This document shows, piece after piece, positions 38,755-48,392 of a DNA stretch of 64,000 nt (positions are counted from its first letter, which is position 1; each line of letters opens with the position of its first letter). A program made the translations under genes and the position numbers. The DNA comes from a virus (Duplodnaviria > Caudoviricetes): IMG/VR virus record IMGVR_UViG_3300028364_000013; one strand, written 5' to 3'. Under the pieces are notes generated by a model that searched no databases, was not told the origin of the DNA, and was given only the letters and a program-made list of their open reading frames with translations.

Positions 38755-40439
38755 TTATTTTCCCATATTACTAAGCCACAATTACTTTTTTGAATTACTG
38801 ATTGTGTTGAGATTAAATCAAAACATAAACTTCCTATTTTTTCAAAATCATTAGTGCGATATATATCTATTCTACCATCTTCTGGAGAAAATATCATTCC
38901 CTCAGTTTCATAATTGCCATTGTTATCAACATTTGGAACATAGGCAAAATTCCTCATGCCATCAATATCCAGTTGAGACACCTTAATATTCATTCCATCA
39001 ATCTTAAAGAATTTTTGCTTAATATTTTTCTTGTCTTCATACTGAAGTATACCAACGTTTTTACTTTGATAAATCCCTTTAAGCTTAACTGGAGATTGTA
39101 CAATTGAAGCGTCTTTACCAGAATTGTAGAATAGATTCTGCTTACCAGATGAATTGTGAATGAATCCATTGTGGTTTGTAAAGCTCCTTCCAAAAACAGA
39201 AGAAGTTTTCATAACAATCATTCCTGGACCAATTTCATCCAAAAATAGCTTATACATATCATCCTCTCCTATTACAATAAGAATGTTTCCCATTTGAGTT
39301 ATAATATGCTTGTCTGGAAATGTGAAATTATTCATCTTTTCAAACTTGCCACCACTTTTACATCTCCAAAGCTCACTACCTTTCTTTGCAAGAACCTCGC
39401 TGTTACCAATGAATACTTTATCCCAATCACTCTTGTTAATTCTATGTCTAAGATTAATAAATCCTTTATTTCTTGTATCATATACAATAAATTCAGACTT
39501 AGTTTCAATAAGACCTTGCTTTTCTAAGAAATGGATGTTAACTATTTGCTCACCTTGAATTACCATTGTAATTATAAGCTCATCCTGCTCATAACTCTTA
39601 ACAAGGCTTGGCTTAGCTAAAGGGCTAACAGCAACAATGTCACCATCTACTCCAGATAAAGTTAATATAAACCTTTCTCCATCAATATACATCCTCTTAA
39701 ACTGGGCCATAAAATTAGAATCCTGAATTGGCTCATAGCACTTAGGGGTCTTGATGTCGCTTCCAACAAATACTGGAAGCTTGTTTATCATTCTATCTGA
39801 CAACTTTTTGTATGTGTTATGCATTCCTTTAAAAGGGTGCAAAAATGCAAGCATATTAAATGACAGCACAGAAAGAGCAAAGAAATCACTATCTTTACCT
39901 ACCTTGCCTCCATAATAGTAATCTCTAATATCTTCAAGAAGTCTATCAGAGTGTAGTGAACCTGGAGTTTGATATGAATCTGTATCAATGAATTTAACAA
40001 CACCTCTGTCATTTACAAGGATGTTATAAGGATTAAGGTCTCCTATAACTACATTCTCTCTGTGAGCATAGTTTACAGCTGAAATTAATTTCTCAATAAT
40101 CTTCATCTTAACCTTTTTGTCTATACCATGATTACTGCAAAATTTCTTGCTGTAAATACTTGATAAAGGGAAAAATTCCTGCTGATTTATATAAGCCATT
40201 GTATATCCAATAACAAAACCTTTATCATCATATAAAAGCTCAATAGGAGCCACAAAGTAATTTGGGTCAAGACTACTCAGGAATCTAAATTTACTTGGGT
40301 CTATTGGTTTAATTCCAGCATGATAAATCTTAGCAACTGTATTTGGGTCTATTTCATAAACAACACCTTCACCACCTTGGTTAATTTCACGCTCGGTCCT
40401 GATTTGTATCTTACCCCTCTTTGTTACTGCTGTTATCAT
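38727..40439 (-). CDS. Ser/Thr protein kinase (TerY-P type)
   Basis: QGGEGVVY, VAKIY, GDLNPYNILV, FIDTDS, DFFALSV. Confidence 0.85.
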   Translation of the reverse strand: MITAVTKRGKIQIRTEREINQGGEGVVYEIDPNTVAKIYHAGIKPIDPSKFRFLSSLDPNYFVAPIELLYDDKGFVIGYTMAYINQQEFFPLSSIYSKKFCSNHGIDKKVKMKIIEKLISAVNYAHRENVVIGDLNPYNILVNDRGVVKFIDTDSYQTPGSLHSDRLLEDIRDYYYGGKVGKDSDFFALSVLSFNMLAFLHPFKGMHNTYKKLSDRMINKLPVFVGSDIKTPKCYEPIQDSNFMAQFKRMYIDGERFILTLSGVDGDIVAVSPLAKPSLVKSYEQDELIITMVIQGEQIVNIHFLEKQGLIETKSEFIVYDTRNKGFINLRHRINKSDWDKVFIGNSEVLAKKGSELWRCKSGGKFEKMNNFTFPDKHIITQMGNILIVIGEDDMYKLFLDEIGPGMIVMKTSSVFGRSFTNHNGFIHNSSGKQNLFYNSGKDASIVQSPVKLKGIYQSKNVGILQYEDKKNIKQKFFKIDGMNIKVSQLDIDGMRNFAYVPNVDNNGNYETEGMIFSPEDGRIDIYRTNDFEKIGSLCFDLISTQSVIQKSNCGLVIWENNYVVLANKK

Positions 40440-41220
40440 CTTCTTCAGAATTAGGTATTATTAATCTTATTATGCTAATGTCATCTTTGTGAGTTGTCTT
40501 GTACTTAGAGCCAAGCACATTAACTTTCTTTGATAACATTATTTTGTTGTCTACCCAATTTTGGTCCACAAGCAAAAAAGTCAATGGGTCAACTTCTCCA
40601 ATCGGAGTGTTGAATGTTAACAGTCCATCTGTGGAAATACTGATGTCTTTTGGATTGTCATGTCTTGTTAAAGTTACGAACCTTTCAAACCATACATCGA
40701 AACCAGAAGGTTGAAGTCCGAGGTCTACAATATCGTATGCAATGTAATTTGGCATATCTCTATATCTAATTGGGTCAGCTAATTTAAACCTTTCATTCTC
40801 CAGGATTGTGAACTCTCCATCATGACAAATTATTCCATCACCAATTGTCATCGTCAGACACTCACCATGAACTTTATCATAAATAATCATCATGAAGGTG
40901 GCGAGCATGTCGTGGTCAAGCAATTCAAGAGTTACTTTTGATTGGAAAAGTTTTCTTACAAACTTTCTCATAAAGTCTTTCGACTTATCTTCTATGGTAT
41001 CTCCAGACATAGCACCTTCTCTAATAATCTGTTTAAATATCTTTCCAAACAATGAAGATGCGAAGTGTGAATCATTTCCACCACTGCAACCATCAAATAC
41101 TGCTCCTATAAAATACCTACCTGCGTCTTCAGTAGACAAGAAGTCTTCGCAAAACACTGGATGGTCACTTCCTTTTCTTATAACTGTTTGCACTTTCATT
41201 CTTCTTCGTTTAGTACCCAC
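40411..41220 (-). CDS. PP2C-like phosphatase (TerY-P type)
   Basis: CEDF, AVFDGCSGG, IGDG, STDGL, HKDDISI. Confidence 0.8.
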   Translation of the reverse strand: MGTKRRRMKVQTVIRKGSDHPVFCEDFLSTEDAGRYFIGAVFDGCSGGNDSHFASSLFGKIFKQIIREGAMSGDTIEDKSKDFMRKFVRKLFQSKVTLELLDHDMLATFMMIIYDKVHGECLTMTIGDGIICHDGEFTILENERFKLADPIRYRDMPNYIAYDIVDLGLQPSGFDVWFERFVTLTRHDNPKDISISTDGLLTFNTPIGEVDPLTFLLVDQNWVDNKIMLSKKVNVLGSKYKTTHKDDISIIRLIIPNSEEDDNSSNKEG

Positions 41221-41402
41221 TGAAGGGTTTCAATTTCTTTTTTGAGAATTTCATACTCTGATTCTATTTTTAGAAAATCAGATTCATTAATGCGACCACC
41301 AGTTTGCTTCTCATTAATCATAGAATAATAAGACTCTTCTGCTGCAAACACTTCTGGTTCAAGTGCATCAATTTTGTTTTGTATTTCTTGCTTATTTCTC
41401 AT
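41196..41402 (-). CDS. small coiled-coil hypothetical protein
   Basis: 68 aa ORF overlapping the PP2C start. Confidence 0.55.
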   Translation of the reverse strand: MRNKQEIQNKIDALEPEVFAAEESYYSMINEKQTGGRINESDFLKIESEYEILKKEIETLQWVLNEEE

Positions 41403-41405
41403 AAT

Positions 41406-41434
41406 AAAAAAGGGACCCCAGAAGGAGTCCCTTT
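41406..41434 (-). terminator. intrinsic terminator-like hairpin
   Basis: GGGACUCC-UUCU-GGGGUCCC followed by U6. Confidence 0.65.
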
Positions 41435-41460
41435 CACCTTCTTAATGTATAAAAGTTATC

Positions 41461-42195
41461 TTAGAAGTTTACAACAGAAATTGCATTTCCGTTTCCACTT
41501 GCATTAGAAACTGAAGAAGAGATGAAGTTTATCATCTTTTTTATCTCGTCTGCCGTGTTGTCGATTGTAACTACGTTATCACCAAACCCCATATCTAAAG
41601 CAGCTTTCTTAAAAGTAGCCTCTTCAGATTTGTTGATTCCGAACAACATTGTTTCAAAAGATGCAAAGTTTCTTTCTTCAGTCAATAAGTCAACAATAAC
41701 TTTCTTAACATCAGCAGCAGTTCCTTTGTCTGGGCAGTTGTCATCACCATCGGTCATAACAAACACAAGAGTTTTGCAATTTACACCAGCATTCTCAAGA
41801 CCTTCTCTATAATTAAGAGCGTTATCAAGAGCTACCTTAGTTCCACCAAACAATGCAGTGCTTCCACCGACATATTTACCGAAATCAATAACTCCAACAC
41901 TTTTAATTGGTTGGTATCCTGAAATTGTTTCTATGTTGTGATTGAATACAACTACAGATACAAATATTTTACTTGCTGAGTGTGAAGTTTGCATTCTTGA
42001 TACAAATTCATTAAACCCTGCATTCAATTCAGCTACATATCCTCCTACTGAAGAAGATACATCTACTACGAATTGAACATTTATTGTGTCCTCTACATCT
42101 ACATCATCTGGGTTAAAATCCCCAAATCCATAGTTGAAATCCACATTTTCTAATCCGCTTTCGGATTTTTCTTGACTTGTCGTTGACGTGTCCAT
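41461..42195 (-). CDS. von Willebrand factor A (TerY-like) protein
   Basis: MIDAS DVSSSV, GGSTAL, MTDGDDN. Confidence 0.85.
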   Translation of the reverse strand: MDTSTTSQEKSESGLENVDFNYGFGDFNPDDVDVEDTINVQFVVDVSSSVGGYVAELNAGFNEFVSRMQTSHSASKIFVSVVVFNHNIETISGYQPIKSVGVIDFGKYVGGSTALFGGTKVALDNALNYREGLENAGVNCKTLVFVMTDGDDNCPDKGTAADVKKVIVDLLTEERNFASFETMLFGINKSEEATFKKAALDMGFGDNVVTIDNTADEIKKMINFISSSVSNASGNGNAISVVNF

Positions 42196-42218
42196 AATAT
42201 ATGATTTTATTTGTGTTT

Positions 42219-42247
42219 AAAAAAGCCAGAGACCAATTGCCTCTGGC
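42219..42247 (-). terminator. terminator-like hairpin
   Basis: GCCAGAG/CUCUGGC stem followed by U6. Confidence 0.55.
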
Positions 42248-42258
42248 AATAAGTTTTC

Positions 42259-43104
42259 TTATGCTGGTTGACCAGCTGTTGAGTTAGAAGCAACCCCTTC
42301 TGCAACAGTTGTTGAGAATCGAACTCCAATCTTAGCTGCAGCATCATAGATAGGCTGAGCTAACTCATCAAACGTAGGAGTAGTTCCTGGTCCGTTTGGT
42401 CCACCTCCAACTGGAGACATCGTATCTTCAAGTACAACAACTTTTTTAGCTACATCTGGAGCCTTGTCAACTAATTGCTTCAAAGTGTTAGCAACACAGT
42501 GAGACTTAGCTTGTCCAGTCAAGTAAATTACATCATACTTCTCAAGAGTCTTTTGAAGACCTAAGTTGTATTGAGTAGCTGGCACATTTTTAATTGGCAC
42601 CTGCGCTTCGAATGCTCCAAAGTGCTCAGAAAAAGGATTTGCCCCCTTTGATACATATTGAACAAAGTGACCTTGTGATGCCCATGATAAAACAGCGTCA
42701 TTAACTTTTGGGTCTAATTGATTTCCCCAAGTTCCAATAACACAGTGTACTGGCCAAATTACGTGTGGGAATGAATTTGTAGCCTCAAGGTCTTGCAAAT
42801 ACTTAAGTGCCGTCTGAGGCTTAACTGCGCTCCAGGTTCCGTTCTCTACATCTGCAGCTGTAATAACTGAAAATGGGTTAGGGTGATTTCCATCTTTGTC
42901 AAACCAAAAATTTGGATGAGCGATGTCCATCATTTGATGACTGTCAAGTGTACAACCAATAAAGTTGATGTCCTCTTTGTTGTCAACAATGAATTTAGAT
43001 AATCTTTCATTATCCTCTACTGCTCCATCAACGAATAAAGAACCCTTTGGGTCACAAAAATCGTTCTGAGCATCAATAATAAGTAATGCTACTTTCTTTT
43101 TCAT
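42259..43104 (-). CDS. nicotinamidase/isochorismatase-family cysteine hydrolase
   Basis: IIDAQNDFC, LDSH...H, WPVHC, GQAKSHCV. Confidence 0.85.
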   Translation of the reverse strand: MKKKVALLIIDAQNDFCDPKGSLFVDGAVEDNERLSKFIVDNKEDINFIGCTLDSHQMMDIAHPNFWFDKDGNHPNPFSVITAADVENGTWSAVKPQTALKYLQDLEATNSFPHVIWPVHCVIGTWGNQLDPKVNDAVLSWASQGHFVQYVSKGANPFSEHFGAFEAQVPIKNVPATQYNLGLQKTLEKYDVIYLTGQAKSHCVANTLKQLVDKAPDVAKKVVVLEDTMSPVGGGPNGPGTTPTFDELAQPIYDAAAKIGVRFSTTVAEGVASNSTAGQPA

Positions 43105-43126
43105 AATTGTTTATTTTATATTAATA

Positions 43127-43158
43127 CAAATTTACTTCTTTATTTAACTTCATCCAAA
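43127..43158 (-). promoter_or_regulatory. Bacteroidota-type promoter (TTTG-N20-TAAATTTG) upstream of the nicotinamidase
   Basis: both boxes match; -33 box lies inside the dnaJ 3' end. Confidence 0.55.
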
Positions 43159-44231
43159 TTTTTCTTCAAATCTCTTAATTGTTCGATAAGGTGAATTTCA
43201 TCTTCAGAATATTCTTCTTGAATAATAAGGTCAAGCTCTACCATGTAATTTCCAAAAGCTCCTTCTGGGGCTGCAGATACACTAAAGTTCTTGCCCAAAT
43301 TCAACATTGGCATTCCATAACCTTTTAGTCTGAATACTTTGCGATTTTGAGTTCCAGGCTTAATTACAAGGTTTGTAACTTTGCCATGAATAGTTGGAAT
43401 CTCCATCTTTGTTCCTAATGCAAGGTCTTCAAAACTAACTTTATGTCTATAAACTAAGTCTTTTCCAAATCTCTCAAATTTATCATGAGCAATTTCCTGA
43501 ATAGTAAAAATAGCATCACCTCTCATTCCTCCTGGATATACTGAATAATGACCCTTTTGCTCTGTCATAAGACTCTCTCCATTTTGAACTCCTCTTGGAA
43601 ACGTTATGATAGCATTTTCAGTTTCAATTACAGTACCTTGTCCTTTGCAGTCCGAGCAGTTTTCGTCAATTATAACTTTTGCACCTTGGCACACATTGCA
43701 GGTAACTATATCTTGTCTTGTAAACGCCCCCATATTTTGAACTACAGCTCTATGCCCAGTTCCTCCACATGTAGTGCAAGAATGATAAGCAGTACCACCC
43801 TTAGCTCTGGTTCCATGACAACTTCCACAAACCTTTTTAACATTAAAAGGAACCTCTTTTGTACATCCAGTGTAACACTCTTCAAGAGTAAGCGCTATTT
43901 TTATAACAACATTATGACCCCTTTGTCTCATCATCTCCTGCTCTCTCCTAAGCTCTTCAAACATTTCTCTGGCAGAACTTCCAAATCCTCCTCCAAAACC
44001 TTGTTTGCTTGCGCCTTCCCAGTTGTGACCATACTGGTCATATAATTTTCTTTTCTCTGGGTCGCTAAGAACATCGTTTGCTTGGTTTAGTTCTTTAAAC
44101 TTTTCCTCTGCATCTGAGTCTCTAGGATTAACGTCTGGATGATACTTCTTAGCAAGTTTTCTGAATGCTTTTTTGATGTCAGCATCAGCAGCGCTTTTTT
44201 GAAGCCCTAATATTTCGTAATAATCTCTCAT
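43140..44231 (-). CDS. dnaJ: DnaJ chaperone
   Basis: J domain HPD; four CxxCxGxG-like Zn repeats; C-terminal peptide-binding domain. Confidence 0.93.
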   Translation of the reverse strand: MRDYYEILGLQKSAADADIKKAFRKLAKKYHPDVNPRDSDAEEKFKELNQANDVLSDPEKRKLYDQYGHNWEGASKQGFGGGFGSSAREMFEELRREQEMMRQRGHNVVIKIALTLEECYTGCTKEVPFNVKKVCGSCHGTRAKGGTAYHSCTTCGGTGHRAVVQNMGAFTRQDIVTCNVCQGAKVIIDENCSDCKGQGTVIETENAIITFPRGVQNGESLMTEQKGHYSVYPGGMRGDAIFTIQEIAHDKFERFGKDLVYRHKVSFEDLALGTKMEIPTIHGKVTNLVIKPGTQNRKVFRLKGYGMPMLNLGKNFSVSAAPEGAFGNYMVELDLIIQEEYSEDEIHLIEQLRDLKKNLDEVK

Positions 44232-46171
44232 TATAATCTTGGGTCAATTTCTCGTTCGTTTCTTTCTTCAATTACCATCTCACCAAAAGCTTGCACATAA
44301 TGCGCATTTTCTTTGCTGATTTTGTTATATGGAATTTCAAGCAATCTTTTTCCTATTTCCCACTCGTTAACAGATGTTTCCAATTTTCTGAACACTTTTT
44401 TTCTGTTAATAAGCTTTTCAAGTTTTGTGGACATCAAGTAATCTGGTCCATAAATAATTGTCAAGTATCTTGGGTTTCTAACCTTCATTGCAGGAACTAC
44501 ACCTTTAACATAAACAGTCAATGGCTTAAGCATTATTCCCTCCATTTCTTCATCAATGGTAGTCGTATCATAAAACGCTTTAAGCTTCTTAAGGTCTTCT
44601 TCACTCTCAAGGTCAACAACAATATAGTTATCGCTATTTATGGCTTTGTAGATGTCTTCATTTGAAGCGTCAAAGAATAATTTCTCTGCTCCACCTGTGA
44701 ACACTTGCTTTAAGATAGAGAAAGGCTTAAAGTGAACTTCTCCTTCAGAACCGTAAAGCTCAATCTGACGAGAGTAAATCTTAATCATTGCATCAAAATC
44801 ATCTATGCTATCAAATTCTCTGATGTAATCTTTTATTGCTCTAAACGTTCTTTCGTTGTTAGAACCAACCTGATTGATTATATCTTTTCTTGATGTCTTG
44901 TGAGATATTGTTTCAAAATCACAATCTTTATAAGGGCCGTTAACAATTTCGTTAAGAGCTTCTTCAAAACCGTTTTCTTTAAGGAATTCTATCTCACTGG
45001 TAACAGCTTTGTCAACAGTTACAAAATTTCTTTCAATCAACCCTTTTCCAATTGAAGACCAAGGAAGAAGTTCTGCATCCAATATAAGAAGCTCAGTTTT
45101 ACCTTCAAATGCTTCTTTTATAAATGGAATCTCATAAAGAGGCTTGTACGCTTCAGTAAGGTCAAGATTCTCTGGCTTAACCATATAACCCTGTCTTGTT
45201 GTAGTATAATTCTTGCTTGAGTCTTTAAAAAGGTAGATATTAGCTCTTGAACCCATGTATTTAGGTTGTGCTATAATCTTGGTAACTCCATTTTTTCTGA
45301 AATATTCCACCCCTTTATCAAGAGACTCTAATTCACTTTCTTGAAGGTAAATATCTTTATTCTCGTCTCTAACAATGTTTTTATCCGCAGGACATATTGT
45401 TCCAGACACAAAGTTTACACTCTGCTCTGAAGCGTGGAAAATCCTCCCCCTCTCTTTGCCTTCCAGGTTATCCATAGAGATTCTTGGAGGAGGAGTAAAG
45501 AAGAAATCATTTAACTCTTTCTTAACAATGTTTTCATTTGTTGCAGGAGTTTTTCTTGAGATATTTCTACCAAACGGGTTGATAATAATAGAACTCAAGT
45601 GCCCACCGCTAACTGCACCGCTATCAAGGTTTACTTTGTTTGCTTTAATTGCAATCCCTCTTGTTGAAACGTGTCCAAACAAATGGTAAGGCAAAGAACG
45701 ACTTGCTTGCTTTCTAAAGAATCCGAAAAACTTAGACTTTGCAGCCAAGTAATCTTGCGGAGTATCAAACTCTGCTTGCTTAGGGTACACAATCGTTCTC
45801 TGATTTCTTTCTGAAACAGAGCCAAGTTTACCAAGGTACTTCTGGTCACAAGGAGCATGAGTAACAATAAAGTGGTCAGACTTCAAAAATGGCTTCATAA
45901 CTTCGTAGATGTCAAAAAACTTTTGCTTAAGCTCTTCGTCTGCTTCGAAAGTTTTAATGCTATCAAAGTAAGTGTCCATCACATCTTGTGGTGGCAAATC
46001 CTTGGCAGCCATATCATTCTTAAGAAATCTGTATACGAAATTCTCATGATTACCTCTAACCATGTAGAACATATCCATGTTATTGTGAATTAACTCAATA
46101 ACAGAACGAACATCATAACCTTTGTCTATAACGTCTCCACATAAAATGATGCGTTTTTCTTTTTTTTCCAT
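44231..46171 (-). CDS. pnkp: Pnkp C-terminal part: remainder of phosphoesterase plus adenylyltransferase/ligase domain
   Basis: GDVIDKG, GNHE, THAP, GH; [37 protein letters not shown]. Confidence 0.85.
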   Translation of the reverse strand: MEKKEKRIILCGDVIDKGYDVRSVIELIHNNMDMFYMVRGNHENFVYRFLKNDMAAKDLPPQDVMDTYFDSIKTFEADEELKQKFFDIYEVMKPFLKSDHFIVTHAPCDQKYLGKLGSVSERNQRTIVYPKQAEFDTPQDYLAAKSKFFGFFRKQASRSLPYHLFGHVSTRGIAIKANKVNLDSGAVSGGHLSSIIINPFGRNISRKTPATNENIVKKELNDFFFTPPPRISMDNLEGKERGRIFHASEQSVNFVSGTICPADKNIVRDENKDIYLQESELESLDKGVEYFRKNGVTKIIAQPKYMGSRANIYLFKDSSKNYTTTRQGYMVKPENLDLTEAYKPLYEIPFIKEAFEGKTELLILDAELLPWSSIGKGLIERNFVTVDKAVTSEIEFLKENGFEEALNEIVNGPYKDCDFETISHKTSRKDIINQVGSNNERTFRAIKDYIREFDSIDDFDAMIKIYSRQIELYGSEGEVHFKPFSILKQVFTGGAEKLFFDASNEDIYKAINSDNYIVVDLESEEDLKKLKAFYDTTTIDEEMEGIMLKPLTVYVKGVVPAMKVRNPRYLTIIYGPDYLMSTKLEKLINRKKVFRKLETSVNEWEIGKRLLEIPYNKISKENAHYVQAFGEMVIEERNEREIDPRL

Positions 46172-46195
46172 ATTTATTAATGTAACTTATAACAG

Positions 46196-46221
46196 TTATA
46201 CGCAAATTTAATAAAAATGTT
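46196..46221 (-). promoter_or_regulatory. AACAT-N14-CGTATAA motif serving the Pnkp C-terminal gene
   Basis: exact match 24 nt upstream of ATG 46171. Confidence 0.72.
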
Positions 46222-46228
46222 TCAAAAT

Positions 46229-47263
46229 ATGGGAAAAAAATGGACAAATAATGATTTTATTTTTTTAAAAGAAAATTATCCAAAAAAAGGCGCTCAGTAT
46301 TGCTCTGAAAAATTAAATAGAACTGTGCAGTCCATTCAAACTATGACTAATAAATTAAATATTAAATTATCTAAAGAAATTAAATCAAAAATACTAAAAC
46401 AAAGTCATATAAAAAAGTTTGACGAATACAAAATTAATCCACAACAATTTATACAAATAAACACCCCTGAAGTTGCATACTTTCTTGGATTTATTTGGGC
46501 AGATGGTAGTGTTTGCAAAAAAACGTACAAAATCACTTTGGAAATAATAAAAGATGATTTAGATACTATTTTACCTAATCTTAATAAACTTGGAGAGTGG
46601 AATATGTATGAAAGAGATAGGAATGATTGGAAGGCTCAAAAATCAATATCAACAAGTAATTATCACATACACTCTTTTTTATCTGAAAATGATTATTTAA
46701 TAAAATCTACAGCATCACCAGATAAAATTATTTCTAAAATTCCAAAAGAATTAAAACATTATTTTTTTAGAGGCTTAATTGATGGAGATGGACACTGGCA
46801 AAACAAAGGTGGAAATTATTATTTTTGCATAGCAGGTACTAACGAACAAAATTGGAATTCTTTTGAATTGATGTTAAAAGAAATAAAAATATCTAACTAT
46901 AAAAAAGAATTGCAAATAAACAAAAAAGGTGGTGGCTCTATTTTAAAAATAACCAACAAAAAAGATATTGCTAAACTTGGTGATTATATTTATAAAAACT
47001 ACGAAAATTACCAAATAGGATTGCCAAGAAAATATGAAATTTATAAATCTATAAAAGAAAAATCTTCAGTTAACAGACATTTAACAAAAGAACAGAGAAA
47101 AATTGCAAGAGAAAAAAACTTAGGAACAAAAAACCCAAACTACAAGCATGTTGATATTAATAAGATAAAAGAGTTAAGGAAAAATGATTATTCTCTTAAA
47201 AAAATAGCCATTGAATTAGGTGTTAGCACTACTATTGTTTCAGATAGATTAAAAAATAAATAA
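46229..47263 (+). mobile_element. LAGLIDADG homing endonuclease inserted antisense within pnkp
   Basis: AYFLGFIWADGSV and FFRGLIDGDGH; start likely MGKKW at 46229 (track gives 46217). Confidence 0.85.
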
Positions 47264-47268
47264 TTTAT

Positions 47269-47520
47269 TTAGTAATCATAATCATCTGGATAATGATAAC
47301 CCTCTCTATTACAATTTTCACAATGCAGAGTTCCGTCATCTCCACTATTTATGTGCTCATCATTTTTAAAATGTTCTTGATAATATGAATGTGTATCTAA
47401 TTTTGTTTTCTCTTTATCAGAACTCCACCCACAAGATTCATGATTATCAGAGAAAGGTTTATCACACAAGTCTGTCACTGAAAATTGTTTTTTACACACA
47501 CAACACAACACTATGTCCAT
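47269..47520 (-). CDS. small Cys/His-rich hypothetical protein inside the pnkp interruption
   Basis: CCVC...C...C...HCENC. Confidence 0.5.
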   Translation of the reverse strand: MDIVLCCVCKKQFSVTDLCDKPFSDNHESCGWSSDKEKTKLDTHSYYQEHFKNDEHINSGDDGTLHCENCNREGYHYPDDYDY

Positions 47521-47579
47521 TACAACAAGAGCGCATTGTTATACCATTATCATCAGATTTATATAAACTTTTATTCACA

Positions 47580-48350
47580 TTAACCATCGTCTTTATGTCC
47601 TAATATTTTCTTATTTTCTTTATCAATTACAAACCCATTCTTTTCAAGAAGAGCAACAAATTCATCATAACACCCGTGGATGTCACCAATTGTTACGTAA
47701 TCAAAACCAGAAGGAAGAATACATTCTTGGTATTTATCGTAATCAATTATATCAATACTGTAATCATCAAGGTTATGAGATTTAATCTTTGTAATGTTGT
47801 TAAAAGTCTTTTTACTTACTTCTGACATTACACTTTCTCTCATGTATTTGATTTGACGAGAAGTAACAGCTTTGCTTTCCTCATCCTGAGAAAGGAACTC
47901 GTAGTATGGTTGTCTTCCTTTGTAGTCAAACATTACTACAGCAATGTTGTAGTTATTATCGTCAGCAATTCTTTTAATAGAATCTCTAAAATCTTTACTA
48001 AGACCAGTTGAGTCAACGACAACGAAATCAGCGTTAACTGGGTATGAAGTAAGAGCTCTCACTCTTGCATCAAGAAGTTCGAACGCTGGCTTACTTGCGT
48101 AAAGCATTTTTGCATCTTTCTTTGAAAGAGTTTGGTCTCCAAGAATTTCTCTACGAATTTCATCAGAAGCAATGTGATGAATTTTCACATCACCCTTAGC
48201 TTTTAATTCTGGAATTAATTTGTTTTCAGTAAAGTAAGTTTTACCACATCCAGAAGGCCCAATCAAAAAAACGATTGTATTCATTCTCAATTCAATCTGA
48301 GTAATATCAGACTTAGTTTTCGCTTTTATTTTAAGAGTTTCTTCTTGCAT
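47580..48350 (-). CDS. pnkp: Pnkp N-terminal part: polynucleotide kinase plus first phosphoesterase motif
   Basis: IGPSGCGKT, SDEIR, VVDSTGL; C-terminal IGDIHGCYDEF. Confidence 0.85.
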   Translation of the reverse strand: MQEETLKIKAKTKSDITQIELRMNTIVFLIGPSGCGKTYFTENKLIPELKAKGDVKIHHIASDEIRREILGDQTLSKKDAKMLYASKPAFELLDARVRALTSYPVNADFVVVDSTGLSKDFRDSIKRIADDNNYNIAVVMFDYKGRQPYYEFLSQDEESKAVTSRQIKYMRESVMSEVSKKTFNNITKIKSHNLDDYSIDIIDYDKYQECILPSGFDYVTIGDIHGCYDEFVALLEKNGFVIDKENKKILGHKDDG

Positions 48351-48356
48351 ATTATA

Positions 48357-48382
48357 TTATACGTTATTTTTTAAAAAATGTT
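48357..48382 (-). promoter_or_regulatory. AACAT-N14-CGTATAA motif
   Basis: exact match upstream of Pnkp-N. Confidence 0.7.
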
Positions 48383-48392
48383 TTCTGTTTTG

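Noticed and set aside
46172-47579. Group I intron in pnkp (exon 1 ends GGT then TAA, and an in-frame ATG|GAA 3' junction is possible, as in T4 td)
   Set aside because: ORFs fill all but ~60 nt at one end and ~55 nt at the other, leaving no room for a catalytic core. No P7-type GACTA/AAGATATAGTC elements were seen, the endonuclease is antisense, and Pnkp-C has its own promoter. An Infernal search or RT-PCR would settle it.
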